Shown: positions 32,042 through 43,530 of the stretch, in pieces
Position numbering within the stretch: the first letter of the stretch is position 1
Layout: each line of letters starts with the position of its first letter
Source of the DNA: Gammaproteobacteria bacterium
Lineage (GTDB): Bacteria > Pseudomonadota > Gammaproteobacteria > Methylococcales > Methylomonadaceae
DNA length: 64,000 nucleotides
Direction of reading: 5' to 3'
Assembly: GCA_016874115.1 (NCBI GenBank)
Contig: VGVA01000002.1
Coordinates: forward strand, 8,102 to 72,101
Program-made: the position numbers and the translations under genes
Notes under the pieces: generated by a model
Database searches by the model: none
What the model saw: the letters and a program-made list of their open reading frames with translations, nothing else
What the model was told of the DNA's origin: nothing

Positions 32042-32207
32042 AGCATCCTCCGTTATAAATAAAAAATTACCGATTAATAAACTGTTGGTCGTTGCGACAT
32101 TAATAATAGCCTTTTATACCAGAGGTTTTAGACTTCACTGTCCGGCAAACTATCAACCGGCATTGCGTTATTTTATAATGCGCACTTTATAAACTTTCGC
32201 AACCGTC

Positions 32208-32456
32208 ATGACGACAAAAACTTATCAACCCTTGCCGATTGAAGTAAATGAAGGCGAGCGCTACAAATGGTGTACCTGCGGCTTCAGTCAAGCCATGCCG
32301 TTATGCGATCACTCTCACCGGGAAAAATCCACCAAAAAATCATTTAAATTTTTTGCCGAAACGACCGGTACGTTGTATTTATGCGGATGTTCCGAAACCA
32401 GCACTCCGCCTTACTGCGACCAACAACAATGCAAGAAAATGAATAATCAATCGTAA
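32208..32456 (+). CDS. CDGSH iron-sulfur domain protein (two motifs, second one variant)
   Basis: WCTCGFS…PLCDHSH and LCGCSET..PPYCDQQQC. Confidence 0.85.
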   Translation: MTTKTYQPLPIEVNEGERYKWCTCGFSQAMPLCDHSHREKSTKKSFKFFAETTGTLYLCGCSETSTPPYCDQQQCKKMNNQS

Positions 32457-32932
32457 TGGCCAAAGAAATCGAACATAAATTTTTACTGGCTAATGAGGAT
32501 TGGCGCACCGCGGTAGAAAGAACCGTTCAGTACAAACAAGGCTACCTTAGTTCTCAGCCGACCAGTTCAATCAGGGTACGAATCACCGATCAACAAGCCT
32601 GGTTGAACATCAAAAGCGCAACCGTCGGCACCCAACGGCTTGAATTCGAATACGACATTCCGCTGCAGGATGCGGAAGACATCATCTCAGCGCTTTGCAG
32701 CAAACCACTAATCGAAAAAACCCGCTACTTTATTACCTTTGACGGCAAAATCTGGGAAATCGATGAATTTGCCGGTGAGAATTCGGGCTTGATCGTGGCT
32801 GAAATCGAGCTGGCCGAAGAAGGCGAAACATTTTCCAAACCGCCTTGGCTGGGTGCAGAAGTCACCCACGATTTGCGTTATTACAACAATAATCTGGCTA
32901 TTAGTCCTTATAAAAATTGGCCTAATAAATAA
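32456..32932 (+). CDS. CYTH-domain (triphosphate tunnel metalloenzyme) protein
   Basis: EIEHKFL (ExExK), QGYL, IRVRI, EFEYDIP, IEKTRY, WEIDEF.GEN.GL.VAEIEL. Confidence 0.93.
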   Translation: MAKEIEHKFLLANEDWRTAVERTVQYKQGYLSSQPTSSIRVRITDQQAWLNIKSATVGTQRLEFEYDIPLQDAEDIISALCSKPLIEKTRYFITFDGKIWEIDEFAGENSGLIVAEIELAEEGETFSKPPWLGAEVTHDLRYYNNNLAISPYKNWPNK

Positions 32933-32983
32933 TTATTTCATAGACCTATTGAATAATTCTAAAGATTGTTCTATAGTGAATGT

Positions 32984-33670
32984 ATGAAATTAACAACTTT
33001 TGTTGCATTAACACTACTGGCTTGGCAATGCTTTGCCGACGCCGTGGTAAATACTACCCAAGCTATCGAATCCGAATGGGCTTCGATTTACTACACGCTA
33101 CCCAAAGCCAAGCAACAAGCCGCATATGAGGCGTTATTAAATCAAACCGCCAAGCTGTCCGATGAAAATCCCCAATCTTCGGAATTACTGTTTTGGCAGG
33201 CCATCTTGCTGGCCAGCAACGCCGAATTGCAAGACGGGTTTACTGCTTTGAAAGCCATTCATAAGGCGCGGGACTTGTTACAGAAAAGCATTTCCATTAA
33301 TCCGCAAACAGCTAATGGCTCGGCTTATGTGACCTTAGGCACGTTATATTACATGGTGCCGAAATGGCCTATTGCCTTTGGCGATGATGAAAAAGCGGAG
33401 GAAATGTTTCAATCCGCTCTTAAAATTAATCCAACCGGCATTGACACCAATTATTTTTACGGCGACTTTTTATTGGCGGCGAATAGCCAGCAGGAAGCAC
33501 AGCAATACTTTGAAAAAGCAATCGATGCTCCTATCCGAAAAGAGCAAGCATTTGCCGACAACAAGTTGAAAGATCAGGTTAAACTTGCACTAAACAACAC
33601 CAAAAACCGTAAGATTAACGGCATTAAAAGCGCTTTTTTGTCTTTATTTAATTCAGCCAGTCTTAAATAA
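32984..33670 (+). CDS. Secreted tetratricopeptide-repeat protein
   Basis: Signal peptide MKLTTFVALTLLAWQCFA; GSAYVTLGTLYYMVPKWPIAFGDDEKA; ALKINPTGIDTNYFYGDFL. Confidence 0.75.
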   Translation: MKLTTFVALTLLAWQCFADAVVNTTQAIESEWASIYYTLPKAKQQAAYEALLNQTAKLSDENPQSSELLFWQAILLASNAELQDGFTALKAIHKARDLLQKSISINPQTANGSAYVTLGTLYYMVPKWPIAFGDDEKAEEMFQSALKINPTGIDTNYFYGDFLLAANSQQEAQQYFEKAIDAPIRKEQAFADNKLKDQVKLALNNTKNRKINGIKSAFLSLFNSASLK

Positions 33671-33803
33671 GGCCTACTAATTTTTCCTTATAAGTCGTTT
33701 GTCTTCCACAGACATTCAGAATCACCGTTTCATGTTTCTATCGTCAAGCAGATTCTGATAAAATAACGCTTTATTAATCTTATTGGTATCCCTGGTAGCA
33801 ACT

Positions 33804-34127
33804 ATGGCATTTGTCGTCACCGAGAATTGTATTAAATGTAAATTTACCGACTGTGTGGATGTATGTCCAGTCGATTGTTTTCACGAAGGACCTAACTTTT
33901 TAGTAATCGATCCCGACGAGTGCATTGATTGCACCTTATGCGAACCAGAATGTCCGGCTAACGCTATTTTTGCTGAAGATGAAGTACCGGAAGGCCAAGA
34001 ACAATTTATCGAACTAAACGCTAAACTAGCAAAATTATGGCCTGTTATCACTGAAGTTGCCAAACCTGCGCCAGATGCTGAAGAATGGAATGGCAAACCA
34101 GGAAAGATCGATTTATTAGAAAAATAA
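33804..34127 (+). CDS. fdxA: 7Fe-type ferredoxin
   Basis: [26 protein letters not shown]…[12 protein letters not shown]; Azotobacter FdI-like. Confidence 0.95.
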   Translation: MAFVVTENCIKCKFTDCVDVCPVDCFHEGPNFLVIDPDECIDCTLCEPECPANAIFAEDEVPEGQEQFIELNAKLAKLWPVITEVAKPAPDAEEWNGKPGKIDLLEK

Positions 34128-34142
34128 TGTCCTGTTTTTGAT

Positions 34143-34183
34143 AGACATAAAAAAAACCGGCTTAGCCGGTTTTTTTTATGTCT
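34143..34183. terminator. Bidirectional intrinsic terminator (fdxA / rplQ)
   Basis: AGACATAAAAAAAACCGG-CTTAG-CCGGTTTTTTTTATGTCT perfect stem with A and T tracts. Confidence 0.92.
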
Positions 34184-34200
34184 GCTTTTTCAGTAAATGA

Positions 34201-34581
34201 TTAAGACTCTGTCTTAGCGAGTTGCGGTCTGTCCACTAATTCAACATAAGCCATCGGAGCATCATCACCTGCACGGTATCCGCATTTCATAATTCTGAGA
34301 TATCCTCCTGGGCGGCTTTTGTAACGCGGGCCAAGTTCATTGAACAATTTGGTCACTACTTCCCGGTCACGCAATCTCGCGAAGGCAAGACGGCGTTTTG
34401 CAACACTGTCTTCCTTTGATAAGGTGATTAATGGTTCAGCATAACCGCGTAATTCTCTAGCTTTAGGCAAAGTTGTTTTAATTAATTCATGTTTAAAAAG
34501 CGAATTAACCATATTGCTGAACAACGCCTTACGGTGGCTGCTGTTTATATTAAATTTTCTACCTGTTTTACGATGTCTCAT
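34201..34581 (-). CDS. rplQ: 50S ribosomal protein L17
   Basis: [18 protein letters not shown]. Confidence 0.99.
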   Translation of the reverse strand: MRHRKTGRKFNINSSHRKALFSNMVNSLFKHELIKTTLPKARELRGYAEPLITLSKEDSVAKRRLAFARLRDREVVTKLFNELGPRYKSRPGGYLRIMKCGYRAGDDAPMAYVELVDRPQLAKTES

Positions 34582-34595
34582 TAGTTAAGACCTTA

Positions 34596-35609
34596 TTAAT
34601 GTGATTTTGTATGAAATTGATCCGCTAAGCTTTCTGGCGGCCAATTATCTAAGCGCATGCCTAAAGATAAACCTTTCAACGCCAGTATGTCTTTGATTTC
34701 GGTTAATGATTTTTTACCAAGGTTGGGCGTTTTTAATAATTCTACTTCGGTCCGTTGAATTAGATCGCCAATGTAAAAAATATTTTCTGCCTTCAGGCAA
34801 TTTGCAGAACGGACAGTCAGTTCTAAATCATCAACCGGACGCAACAAGACCGGATCGATATCGTCTTCGGTAACCGGAGCGTCTTCTACTGTAGGTTGGA
34901 CGACCCGTTCGAAATCAACTAATACAGAAAGTTGATCATGCAAAATAGTTGCTGCTAAACGAATCGTCTGTTCCGGATCAATGGTTCCGTTTGTTTCTAA
35001 CTCTAGAATTAGTTTATCTAGGTTTGTGCGTTGTTCGACACGCATGCTTTCAACATGGTAGGCGACTTTAACAATGGGGCTATAAGAAGCATCCACGTGC
35101 AAAGCACCAACAATCGGAACAAAATCAGTCCGTTCCTTACGTACGCTCAAAGGCTCATAACCACGGCCGCGACGTACTCTAATCTTCATGTTCAGCACAC
35201 CGGTTTGCGTTAAATTGGCGATTACCAGCTCTGGGTTAATGATTTCGACATCATGCGGTAAAGCAATATCGCCCGCTGTAACACAGCCTGGACCGGTTTT
35301 AGTCAAAGTTAGCACTGCCTCATCTTTTGAATGCAGCATTACTGCCAGATGTTTTAAATTTAATAGGATGTCGATAACATCTTCTTGTACACCTTCAATT
35401 GTCGTGTATTCGTGTTCAACACCCTGTATCTCAACATCAGTCACAGCACAACCGGGAATGCTGGAGAGCAACACCCGTCTTAAAGCATTGCCTAATGAAT
35501 GACCGAAGCCTGTTTCCAAAGGCTCGATAACTATCCGTGAGTGATTTTGCGATTTACTGACGACTTCTACTAAGCGAGGCTTTAACAAGCCAGCGAAAGA
35601 ATTCTGCAT
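34596..35609 (-). CDS. rpoA: RNA polymerase alpha subunit
   Basis: [38 protein letters not shown]. Confidence 0.99.
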   Translation of the reverse strand: MQNSFAGLLKPRLVEVVSKSQNHSRIVIEPLETGFGHSLGNALRRVLLSSIPGCAVTDVEIQGVEHEYTTIEGVQEDVIDILLNLKHLAVMLHSKDEAVLTLTKTGPGCVTAGDIALPHDVEIINPELVIANLTQTGVLNMKIRVRRGRGYEPLSVRKERTDFVPIVGALHVDASYSPIVKVAYHVESMRVEQRTNLDKLILELETNGTIDPEQTIRLAATILHDQLSVLVDFERVVQPTVEDAPVTEDDIDPVLLRPVDDLELTVRSANCLKAENIFYIGDLIQRTEVELLKTPNLGKKSLTEIKDILALKGLSLGMRLDNWPPESLADQFHTKSH

Positions 35610-35630
35610 GTATGTTCCTCAGAACCGAAA

Positions 35631-36251
35631 TTATTTCGAATACAATTCCACGACCAATTGTTCATTAATGTCGCTGCCAAGATCGGCACGATCCGGCAAA
35701 GTATTAAAGGTACCCGTCATTTTTTTTGAGTCAACTTCAACCCATGCAGGGAATCCGTATTGCTCAGCAATGCCTAACGCATCAATGATCCGTTGTTGAT
35801 TTTTTGATTTTTCCCTGATTGCAACCACATCGCCCGTAGACAACTGGTATGACGGAATATTAATCAATGCTCCGTTAACTTGTATCGATTTATGGCTGAC
35901 TAGTTGCCTAGCTTCGGCGCGTGTTGACGCAAACCCCATGCGATAAACCACGTTATCCAATCTGGATTCTAGCATATTCAGCAAATTTTCACCGGTTGCA
36001 CCTTTTTTCTGGTCTGCCCGCTTGTAATAATTTCTGAACTGCTTTTCTAAAATACCGTAAATTCTGCGCAGACGTTGCTTGGCTCGCAATTGAAGCGCGT
36101 AGTCGGAGTTTCTGTTCCTTTTAGTACCGTGCTGACCAGGTCTTTGATCTAGTTTACATTTCCCTTCTAAAGTCTTGCCTCTGCTCTTTAGAAAAAGATC
36201 AGTGCCTTCTCTACGACTTAGCTTACAGGTAGGGCCTAAATATCTTGCCAT
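35631..36251 (-). CDS. rpsD: 30S ribosomal protein S4
   Basis: [27 protein letters not shown]. Confidence 0.99.
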   Translation of the reverse strand: MARYLGPTCKLSRREGTDLFLKSRGKTLEGKCKLDQRPGQHGTKRNRNSDYALQLRAKQRLRRIYGILEKQFRNYYKRADQKKGATGENLLNMLESRLDNVVYRMGFASTRAEARQLVSHKSIQVNGALINIPSYQLSTGDVVAIREKSKNQQRIIDALGIAEQYGFPAWVEVDSKKMTGTFNTLPDRADLGSDINEQLVVELYSK

Positions 36252-36262
36252 TTACAACTCCT

Positions 36263-36649
36263 TTACACGCGGCGTTTTTTGGGCGGACGGCATCCGTTAT
36301 GTGGAATTGGCGTCACGTCTATGATGTTGTTGATTTTGAACCCCAAGTTATTCAGCGAGCGCACAGCTGATTCGCGCCCTGGACCTGGGCCTTTGATTAG
36401 CACATCAAGATTTTTCATGCCAAATTCTAACGCGACGGCACCTGCCTTTTCAGCCGCAACCTGTGCAGCAAAAGGCGTACTTTTTCTTGAACCGCGAAAA
36501 CCGGAACCGCCGGATGTGGCCCATGACAAGGCATTGCCTTTTCTATCGGTAATGGTAATGATGGTATTGTTGAAAGACGCATGCACATGGACAATACCAT
36601 CTGCAACTTCTTTTTTTACGCGTTTTCTTGTGCGTGCTGGGCTTGCCAT
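36263..36649 (-). CDS. rpsK: 30S ribosomal protein S11
   Basis: [30 protein letters not shown]. Confidence 0.99.
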   Translation of the reverse strand: MASPARTRKRVKKEVADGIVHVHASFNNTIITITDRKGNALSWATSGGSGFRGSRKSTPFAAQVAAEKAGAVALEFGMKNLDVLIKGPGPGRESAVRSLNNLGFKINNIIDVTPIPHNGCRPPKKRRV

Positions 36650-36670
36650 TAATTAAACCTATTTATTAAC

Positions 36671-37027
36671 TTATTTTTTAATGGGTTTACGCGGACCTTT
36701 ACGAGTGCGCGCATTTGTTCTGGTGCGTTGTCCTCTTAAAGGTAAACCACGGCGGTGACGGATTCCACGGTAACAACCAAGATCCATTAACCGCTTGATA
36801 TTCATTGACACTTCACGACGAAGATCGCCTTCAACCGTCATTTTTGAAATTACACTGCGAATGGATTCTAATTGATCTTCTGTCAGTTCTTTAATCTTGA
36901 TAGACGGCATAATACCGACTTTTGCGCAAATATCACTTGCTGTCTGACGCCCAACACCATAAATAGCGGTTAAAGCAATACCCGCATGTTTATGTTCTGG
37001 TATATTTATTCCGGCAATACGCGCCAT
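36671..37027 (-). CDS. rpsM: 30S ribosomal protein S13
   Basis: [24 protein letters not shown]. Confidence 0.99.
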   Translation of the reverse strand: MARIAGINIPEHKHAGIALTAIYGVGRQTASDICAKVGIMPSIKIKELTEDQLESIRSVISKMTVEGDLRREVSMNIKRLMDLGCYRGIRHRRGLPLRGQRTRTNARTRKGPRKPIKK

Positions 37028-37067
37028 TTACTGCACTCCTGATTTAGGATTCTATAGTTAACTTACA

Positions 37068-37096
37068 ATTTTATCATTAATGGGTAATTGCAGCAA
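37068..37096 (-). promoter_or_regulatory. alpha-operon promoter
   Basis: Minus strand TTGCTG-N17-TAAAAT with TG extension, between rpmJ and rpsM. Confidence 0.55.
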
Positions 37097-37106
37097 CAAC
37101 AGCTAA

Positions 37107-37220
37107 TTAACCTTGCCGTTGTTTGTGTCTTCCGTCGACGCAGATAACCCTGACGATTCCACTTCTTTTAACAACTTTGCAATTTCTGCAAATTTTTTTA
37201 ACTGAGGCACGTACCTTCAC
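37107..37220 (-). CDS. rpmJ: 50S ribosomal protein L36 (zinc-binding form), absent from the ORF track
   Basis: GTG start after AGGAG; translates to [37 protein letters not shown]. Confidence 0.98.
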   Translation of the reverse strand: MKVRASVKKICRNCKVVKRSGIVRVICVDGRHKQRQG

Positions 37221-37246
37221 AATTTACTCCTACAAATGTATTGATT

Positions 37247-38572
37247 TTATCTCTTCAGGTTGGCTTTTTTCATCAACCCTTCATATTGCTGAGACATCAT
37301 ATGCGTTTGCATTTGAGAGATAAAATCCATCACAACCACGACAATAATCAGCAAAGACGTTCCGCCAAAATAAAACGGCACGTTCCAGTAAACAATTAAG
37401 AATTCGGGCAACAGACAAACTAAGGTGATATAAATAGCGCCGATTAAGGTTAACCGTGTCATTACTTTATCGATGTAAGAGCTTGTTTGTATACCTGGCC
37501 TTATGCCTGGTAAAAATGCTCCTGATTTTTTTAAATTTTCTGCCGTTTCTTTCGAATTAAAAACCAATGCGGTATAAAAGAAGCAAAAGAAAACGATAGC
37601 AGTTGCGTATAACAATACATACACTGGCTGCCCTGGCGATAACATAGTCGCGATATCTTGCAACCAGGTAAAACCTTCGGTATTACCAAACCAGCCAGCT
37701 ATAGTTGCTGGAAACAAAATGATACTGGATGCAAAAATCGGCGGAATTACACCAGCCATATTTAATTTTAAAGGCAGGAAACTGGTTTGCCCTGCATACA
37801 TCTTTCGTCCTTGCTGACGCTTTGGATAATTAATTAATATCCTCCGCTGCCCTCTCTCGACAAACACAACTAACGCCGTTACCATTATTGCTATTAAAAA
37901 CAATAAGATAATAAAACCACCATTCATCTCGCCCGTACGCGCCAGCTCAAGGGTTCCTCCGATCGCTTTCGGCAAACCTGAAACGATACCGGCAAAAATA
38001 ATTAATGAAATACCATTTCCGATACCGCGCTCAGTAACTTGCTCCCCCAGCCACATAAGAAAGACAGTCCCAGTCACCAAAGTTATAGTAGTAACCAGAA
38101 TAAAGCTAAGTCCCGGGTTTAATACTACAGATAATCCACCTGCAGTCTGATTTTGCAAGGCTAAAGAAATACCCACGGCTTGAAAAGTGGCCAGGATAAC
38201 GGTTCCATATCTTGTGTATTGCGATATTTTTTTTCTACCTGATTCGCCTTCTTTTTTAAGCTGTTCCATATAAGGAATAACCACCGTCATTAATTGCATG
38301 ATGATGGAAGCAGAAATATAAGGCATGATACCGAGAGCAAACAGACTTAAGCGCATTAATGCGCCGCCTGAAAACATGTTAAACATGTCAAGGATCGATT
38401 TACCGCCCTGTTGATCGAACATGACTTGTAATGCTTTAGGATCAATACCGGGCACCGGAATATGCGCGCCTATCCGATAAACGAGGAACGCGCCGAGCAC
38501 AAACAACAACCTGGAATTTAACTCAGAAAAATCACCAGATTTATAGTTCATAGCGGTTTTGGGGGTGCTCAT
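37247..38572 (-). CDS. secY: Preprotein translocase SecY
   Basis: [45 protein letters not shown]. Confidence 0.99.
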   Translation of the reverse strand: MSTPKTAMNYKSGDFSELNSRLLFVLGAFLVYRIGAHIPVPGIDPKALQVMFDQQGGKSILDMFNMFSGGALMRLSLFALGIMPYISASIIMQLMTVVIPYMEQLKKEGESGRKKISQYTRYGTVILATFQAVGISLALQNQTAGGLSVVLNPGLSFILVTTITLVTGTVFLMWLGEQVTERGIGNGISLIIFAGIVSGLPKAIGGTLELARTGEMNGGFIILLFLIAIMVTALVVFVERGQRRILINYPKRQQGRKMYAGQTSFLPLKLNMAGVIPPIFASSIILFPATIAGWFGNTEGFTWLQDIATMLSPGQPVYVLLYATAIVFFCFFYTALVFNSKETAENLKKSGAFLPGIRPGIQTSSYIDKVMTRLTLIGAIYITLVCLLPEFLIVYWNVPFYFGGTSLLIIVVVVMDFISQMQTHMMSQQYEGLMKKANLKR

Positions 38573-38575
38573 TAA

Positions 38576-39010
38576 TTAGTCCTCGACCTTCCCGCCAGCC
38601 GCTTCGATAGCGAGCTTTGCGCCATCGGTTACATTAACACCTTTAATTACAACCGCTTTTGTTAGTTCACCTGATTTGATAACTTTCGCTTTTTTAGTAA
38701 AAGCGGGCACAATATTGTTTTCAATTAACGCTTTCAGATCAACACTGTCTAGATTAAGCGCTTGCAATTCACTTAATCTGACTTCTGCAGAATATTTTGC
38801 CGAACGGGACAAAAAGCCGATCTTAGGCAACCGTCTTTGCAGCGGCATCTGACCGCCCTCAAAACCTACTTTATGGAATCCGCCGCTTCTGGCCTTTTGA
38901 CCCTTATGTCCTTTACCGCAGGTTTTACCTACGGTACTGCCAATACCGCGACCGAGACGTCTGGATTTTTTACGCGAACCTGGAGCCGCTTGAATGGTAT
39001 TCAAAAACAT
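38576..39010 (-). CDS. rplO: 50S ribosomal protein L15
   Basis: [26 protein letters not shown]. Confidence 0.99.
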   Translation of the reverse strand: MFLNTIQAAPGSRKKSRRLGRGIGSTVGKTCGKGHKGQKARSGGFHKVGFEGGQMPLQRRLPKIGFLSRSAKYSAEVRLSELQALNLDSVDLKALIENNIVPAFTKKAKVIKSGELTKAVVIKGVNVTDGAKLAIEAAGGKVED

Positions 39011-39195
39011 TATTTTTCCTCTACGCTCAACATGTAGGATATTTTATTAATCATGCCTTGATATTCTGGAGTATTCGGAACTTCTACAGTTTGATTAATT
39101 TTTCTTAATCCCAGACCTTTCAAACATGCCTGATGCGCAGGTAATCTTCCGTTTTTGCTTTTCGTCATAGTGACACTTAACTTCTTACCAGCCAT
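39010..39195 (-). CDS. rpmD: 50S ribosomal protein L30
   Basis: [17 protein letters not shown]…GMINK. Confidence 0.97.
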   Translation of the reverse strand: MAGKKLSVTMTKSKNGRLPAHQACLKGLGLRKINQTVEVPNTPEYQGMINKISYMLSVEEK

Positions 39196-39199
39196 TGTT

Positions 39200-39706
39200 T
39201 TATCCAGTAATTTGTTCGATGGTTAATCCGCGTTTAGCAGATATTTGATTGGCGTTATGCATACCGGTCAAACCATTAATTGTCGCTCTAACAACATTGA
39301 TCGGATTATTAGTCCCTATGCATTTGGCAAGGACATTATGAACACCGACAACTTCAAATACGGCACGCATAGCGCCGCCCGCAATAATTCCAGTACCTTC
39401 AGAAGCCGGCTGCATAAATACTTTCGCGGCACCCGTGGTGCTGGTGATTGGATATTGCAGGGTATCGCCCTTTAATGAAACTTTTCGCATATTTTTACGG
39501 GCTTGCTCTAACGATTTTTGAATCGCAATCGGCACTTCGCGTGCTTTGCTAACACCGTAACCTACCCGGCCTTCGCCGTCACCAACAACCGTCAGCGCGG
39601 CAAAACCAAATACACGCCCGCCTTTAACCACTTTGGCGACACGTCTTACGTTAACCAGCTTTTCTTGCAAGCCGTCTGTACTACCTTGTGCAGGTGCTGT
39701 AGACAT
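39200..39706 (-). CDS. rpsE: 30S ribosomal protein S5
   Basis: [18 protein letters not shown]. Confidence 0.99.
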   Translation of the reverse strand: MSTAPAQGSTDGLQEKLVNVRRVAKVVKGGRVFGFAALTVVGDGEGRVGYGVSKAREVPIAIQKSLEQARKNMRKVSLKGDTLQYPITSTTGAAKVFMQPASEGTGIIAGGAMRAVFEVVGVHNVLAKCIGTNNPINVVRATINGLTGMHNANQISAKRGLTIEQITG

Positions 39707-39714
39707 AAGTTCTC

Positions 39715-40068
39715 CTAAAACTTTAAGCCGGCTTCACGAGCAGCATCTGCCAATGCTTTTACCCGGCCATGATATTTAAAACCGGAACGGTCAAATGCAA
39801 CTTCCGTAATGCCGGCAGCAATTGCTTTCTGCGCAATGTGTTTACCCACCTCCACCGCTGCAGCTATGTTGCCGGTGTTCTTCAATCCGCTTTTTATAGC
39901 CGATTGATTAGTAGAAGCGCTTGCTAAAGTCGTTGCACCATCGCCGCTGATAATTTGTGCATAGATGTGTTGCGATGTTTTATGCACAGACAAACGATTT
40001 GCGTTTAGCTTTTTAATTTTACTACGCAGCTTTAGCGCACGTTTAATCCGGGAGTTTTTCTTATCCAT
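39715..40068 (-). CDS. rplR: 50S ribosomal protein L18
   Basis: [30 protein letters not shown]. Confidence 0.99.
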   Translation of the reverse strand: MDKKNSRIKRALKLRSKIKKLNANRLSVHKTSQHIYAQIISGDGATTLASASTNQSAIKSGLKNTGNIAAAVEVGKHIAQKAIAAGITEVAFDRSGFKYHGRVKALADAAREAGLKF

Positions 40069-40076
40069 TGCCCAAC

Positions 40077-40610
40077 CTATTTTTTCTTGGCTTCTTTCTT
40101 AGCAACATTCTCATCAGCATACCTAACGCCTTTACCTTTGTATGGCTCGGGCGGGCGATAAGACCGAATTTTTGCAGCGACTTCGCCGACTTGTTGTTTG
40201 TTGCTACCTTTAACTAATATTTCGGTCTGAGATGGCGTCTCTACCGTAATGCCATCCGGCACTTCAAAATCAACCGGATGCGAATATCCTAATGATAAAC
40301 TTAAAATTTTTCCTTTAGCTTGCGCTCTATAACCAACACCGATTAAAGTCAGTTTTTTTTCAAATCCATCAGAGACACCAACCACCATTCCATTAGCAAT
40401 TGCGCGCGCAGTACCGGCTTGAGCAACAGATGTTTTATTGTCTTTATCCCATTGCATTTGAATAACCGCATCTGTTACCGATATTGCAACAGCTGGATTA
40501 AAGTCGAATGATAATTCGCCTTTACTGCCTTTAACAGTTAAATTATTGCCTGTTAATGTGACATTTACACCTTTGGGGATAGCAATAGGAGCCTTAGCAA
40601 TTCTTGACAT
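40077..40610 (-). CDS. rplF: 50S ribosomal protein L6
   Basis: [25 protein letters not shown]. Confidence 0.99.
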   Translation of the reverse strand: MSRIAKAPIAIPKGVNVTLTGNNLTVKGSKGELSFDFNPAVAISVTDAVIQMQWDKDNKTSVAQAGTARAIANGMVVGVSDGFEKKLTLIGVGYRAQAKGKILSLSLGYSHPVDFEVPDGITVETPSQTEILVKGSNKQQVGEVAAKIRSYRPPEPYKGKGVRYADENVAKKEAKKK

Positions 40611-40623
40611 ATAACGCCTGTTA

Positions 40624-41019
40624 TTAACTTACTGTACAAATAATTTCGCCGCCATGACCAAGCGCTCTTGCGGCTCTGTCAGTCATCACGCCATTTGAGG
40701 TTGATACGATTGCAACACCTAAACCGCCCAGTACTTTTGGCAATTGATCTTTGGATTTATAAATCCGCAAACCAGGGCGACTGACTCTGTTAATCGATTC
40801 AATTACCGGCGCACCTTTATAATATTTTAGCTCAATGGTCATTACCGAATGCCCATCAACCACTTCAATTTTATAATCGGTAATATAACCTTCTTCCTTC
40901 AATACCTTTGCAATTGCCATCTTTAACTTTGAAGACGGCTGCGCCACTGATTTTTTGCCGGCAGACTGACCATTTCTGATCCGGGTCAACATGTCTGCTA
41001 TTGGATCTGACATACTCAT
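40624..41019 (-). CDS. rpsH: 30S ribosomal protein S8
   Basis: [29 protein letters not shown]. Confidence 0.99.
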   Translation of the reverse strand: MSMSDPIADMLTRIRNGQSAGKKSVAQPSSKLKMAIAKVLKEEGYITDYKIEVVDGHSVMTIELKYYKGAPVIESINRVSRPGLRIYKSKDQLPKVLGGLGVAIVSTSNGVMTDRAARALGHGGEIICTVS

Positions 41020-41047
41020 TACTTTTTCTCCGAACTACTACGCCAAT

Positions 41048-41353
41048 TTACCAACTGGCTTTAACTACGCCAGGCACATCGCCACGCATTGTAGCTTCCC
41101 TTAATTTATTTCTGCTCAACCCAAATTTACGGTAATACCCATGCGGACGCCCCGTTAAACCGCAACGGTTCCGGATCCTTATTCCGCTTGAATCCCTGGG
41201 CAATTTTTGCATTTTAATTTGCGCTTCTTCTTTTTGTTCGAATAAAGTATTAGGATCTCTGATAATTTCTCGTAAAGATTTACGTTTCGCATCGTACTTA
41301 AGCGCCAGTTTTTTGCGCTTATGTTCACGAGCAACCATTGATTTTTTTGCCAT
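41048..41353 (-). CDS. rpsN: 30S ribosomal protein S14 (long, zinc-free form)
   Basis: 101 aa; [20 protein letters not shown]. Confidence 0.99.
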   Translation of the reverse strand: MAKKSMVAREHKRKKLALKYDAKRKSLREIIRDPNTLFEQKEEAQIKMQKLPRDSSGIRIRNRCGLTGRPHGYYRKFGLSRNKLREATMRGDVPGVVKASW

Positions 41354-41362
41354 ATTTGACTC

Positions 41363-41902
41363 TCAATTCTTGAACGGGAAATTAAAAAGCTTTAGCAAAG
41401 CCAAGCCTTCTTCATTCGTTTTTGCAGTTGTTGTGATGGTGATATCCATACCGCGCAACGCATCTATTTTGTCGTAATCTATCTCGGGAAAAATAATTTG
41501 TTCCTTTACACCCATCGAGTAGTTACCGCGACCATCAAAACTTTTTGGACTCAAGCCCCTAAAATCACGAATACGCGGAATCGCAATATTAATTAATCGA
41601 TCCAAAAACTCGTACATTCTTTTGCTACGCAAGGTAACTTTGCAACCAATAGGCATATCATCTCTGATTTTAAAGCCAGCAATGGATTTACGCGCCAACG
41701 TAATAACAGGTTTTTGTCCGGAAATTTTTTCCATGTCGCTAACGGCAGCCTGCAAGATCTTCTTATCCGCTACCGCTTCACCAACTCCCATATTAAGGGT
41801 AATCTTAGTTATCCGCGGAGCTTCCATGACTGATTCGTATGAAAACTGCTTAACCAATTCCGGAAGAATCGTTTTTTTATATTCGGTCTCTAATCTAGAC
41901 AT
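41363..41902 (-). CDS. rplE: 50S ribosomal protein L5
   Basis: [26 protein letters not shown]. Confidence 0.99.
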   Translation of the reverse strand: MSRLETEYKKTILPELVKQFSYESVMEAPRITKITLNMGVGEAVADKKILQAAVSDMEKISGQKPVITLARKSIAGFKIRDDMPIGCKVTLRSKRMYEFLDRLINIAIPRIRDFRGLSPKSFDGRGNYSMGVKEQIIFPEIDYDKIDALRGMDITITTTAKTNEEGLALLKLFNFPFKN

Positions 41903-41916
41903 GAATGCATTTACCT

Positions 41917-42234
41917 TTAAACATCAACCACTTCGTTTGTTGACTTGAAATATCGGACTTTTTTACCATTTTCTAAAAACCTGAATCCTACGCGATCCGG
42001 CTTTTTTGTTGCCGGATTATAGAGACCGACATTCGAGACATGGATAGGCATATCTTTGGCGATAATTCCGCCGCTCACACCGGCATTTGGATTTGGTTTT
42101 TGGTGTTTTTTAGCCTGATTTATACCTTCAACCAGGATTTTATGGTTATCCAGTAATTTTGATACTCTGCCGCTTTTTCCTTTATCTTTGCCGGCCAGAA
42201 TAACAACATCGTCGCCTTTTTTTATCTTTAGCAT
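41917..42234 (-). CDS. rplX: 50S ribosomal protein L24
   Basis: [23 protein letters not shown]. Confidence 0.99.
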   Translation of the reverse strand: MLKIKKGDDVVILAGKDKGKSGRVSKLLDNHKILVEGINQAKKHQKPNPNAGVSGGIIAKDMPIHVSNVGLYNPATKKPDRVGFRFLENGKKVRYFKSTNEVVDV

Positions 42235-42245
42235 GTCATTAACCT

Positions 42246-42614
42246 TTATAATACTTCTGGCGCCAGGGAGATGATTTTCATAAACCGCTCACCCCTTAAT
42301 TCGCGCGTTACCGGCCCAAAAATACGGGTGCCCAAAGGTTGCAAGTTATTATTAAGAATGACTGCCGCATTGCCGTCAAAACGTATTACCGAACCATCCG
42401 CCCTGCGCACACCTTTTGCAGTTCTAACCACTAAGGCATTGTAAACTTCGCCTTTTTTTACTCTGCCGCGAGGTATCGCATCTTTAATACTCACTTTGAT
42501 AATATCACCAATACCGGCATAACGTCTGTGCGAACCGCCCAATACTTTGATACACATGACCTTTTTTGCGCCGCTGTTGTCGGCCACATCAAGGTTAGTT
42601 TGCATCTGAATCAT
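42246..42614 (-). CDS. rplN: 50S ribosomal protein L14
   Basis: [28 protein letters not shown]. Confidence 0.99.
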   Translation of the reverse strand: MIQMQTNLDVADNSGAKKVMCIKVLGGSHRRYAGIGDIIKVSIKDAIPRGRVKKGEVYNALVVRTAKGVRRADGSVIRFDGNAAVILNNNLQPLGTRIFGPVTRELRGERFMKIISLAPEVL

Positions 42615-42645
42615 AATTCTTTCCTAAATTCTGAAATTCGCAATA

Positions 42646-42909
42646 TTATTGATTAGCGGTTTCAAGCACTTCAACTAATCTAAAAGACTTGTGTTTCGAC
42701 AAAGGACGACAGGAAGTAATTGAAACAATATCGCCTTCTTGGCAAACATTATTCTCGTCGTGCGCCATTAATTTGGTCGAACGTTTAATATATTTTCCAT
42801 ACACAGGATGCTTTACAACCCTTTCTACCAATACAGTTATCGTTTTGTCCATTTTATTGCTGACGACCTTACCGGTCACTGTCCGCAGTTTTACTTCGGT
42901 CTCAGCCAT
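42646..42909 (-). CDS. rpsQ: 30S ribosomal protein S17
   Basis: [21 protein letters not shown]. Confidence 0.99.
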   Translation of the reverse strand: MAETEVKLRTVTGKVVSNKMDKTITVLVERVVKHPVYGKYIKRSTKLMAHDENNVCQEGDIVSITSCRPLSKHKSFRLVEVLETANQ

Positions 42910-42910
42910 A

Positions 42911-43102
42911 TTACGATCCCGCCATTTCTTTTATAAGGGTATGGATACGCGCTATATCGCGCCTTACTTTCTTTACCTGATCCGGCTTGGCAAGCTGACC
43001 AGTTCCTTTTTGCATTCTTAAATTGAATTTTTCTTTGGAGAGATCCAAAAGCAATGTATCCAATTCTGCTCTGGTTTTTTTGCGTAAATCTTTTGCCTTC
43101 AT
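42911..43102 (-). CDS. rpmC: 50S ribosomal protein L29
   Basis: [18 protein letters not shown]. Confidence 0.98.
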   Translation of the reverse strand: MKAKDLRKKTRAELDTLLLDLSKEKFNLRMQKGTGQLAKPDQVKKVRRDIARIHTLIKEMAGS

Positions 43103-43515
43103 TACATTATCGTCCTGGCGGTAAACATGGTTTTTAATGGCAACTTTGCCGCAGCTAAGGTAAACGCCTCTCTGGCCAACTCCTCAGATACACCTTGTAT
43201 TTCGTATAACATGGCGCCAGGGCGAATTTGAGCAACCCAATATTCTACACTACCTTTACCTTTTCCCATACGAACTTCTAAAGGTTTTTTGGTAATTGGC
43301 TTATCTGGAAAAATACGGATCCAAATCTTACCGCCCCGTTTAATGTGACGCGTAATGGCCCTACGTCCAGACTCTATTTGACGCGCCGTTAATCGGCCAC
43401 GACTAATAGATTTAAGTCCGTACTCGCCGAAACTTACAGATGAACCGCGTACGGCGATACCGTTATTTCTGCCTTTATGCTGTTTACGGAATTTTGTTCT
43501 TTTTGGTTGAAGCAT
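43102..43515 (-). CDS. rplP: 50S ribosomal protein L16
   Basis: [18 protein letters not shown]. Confidence 0.99.
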   Translation of the reverse strand: MLQPKRTKFRKQHKGRNNGIAVRGSSVSFGEYGLKSISRGRLTARQIESGRRAITRHIKRGGKIWIRIFPDKPITKKPLEVRMGKGKGSVEYWVAQIRPGAMLYEIQGVSEELAREAFTLAAAKLPLKTMFTARTIM

Positions 43516-43530
43516 TGCTCTGTCTCTTAC

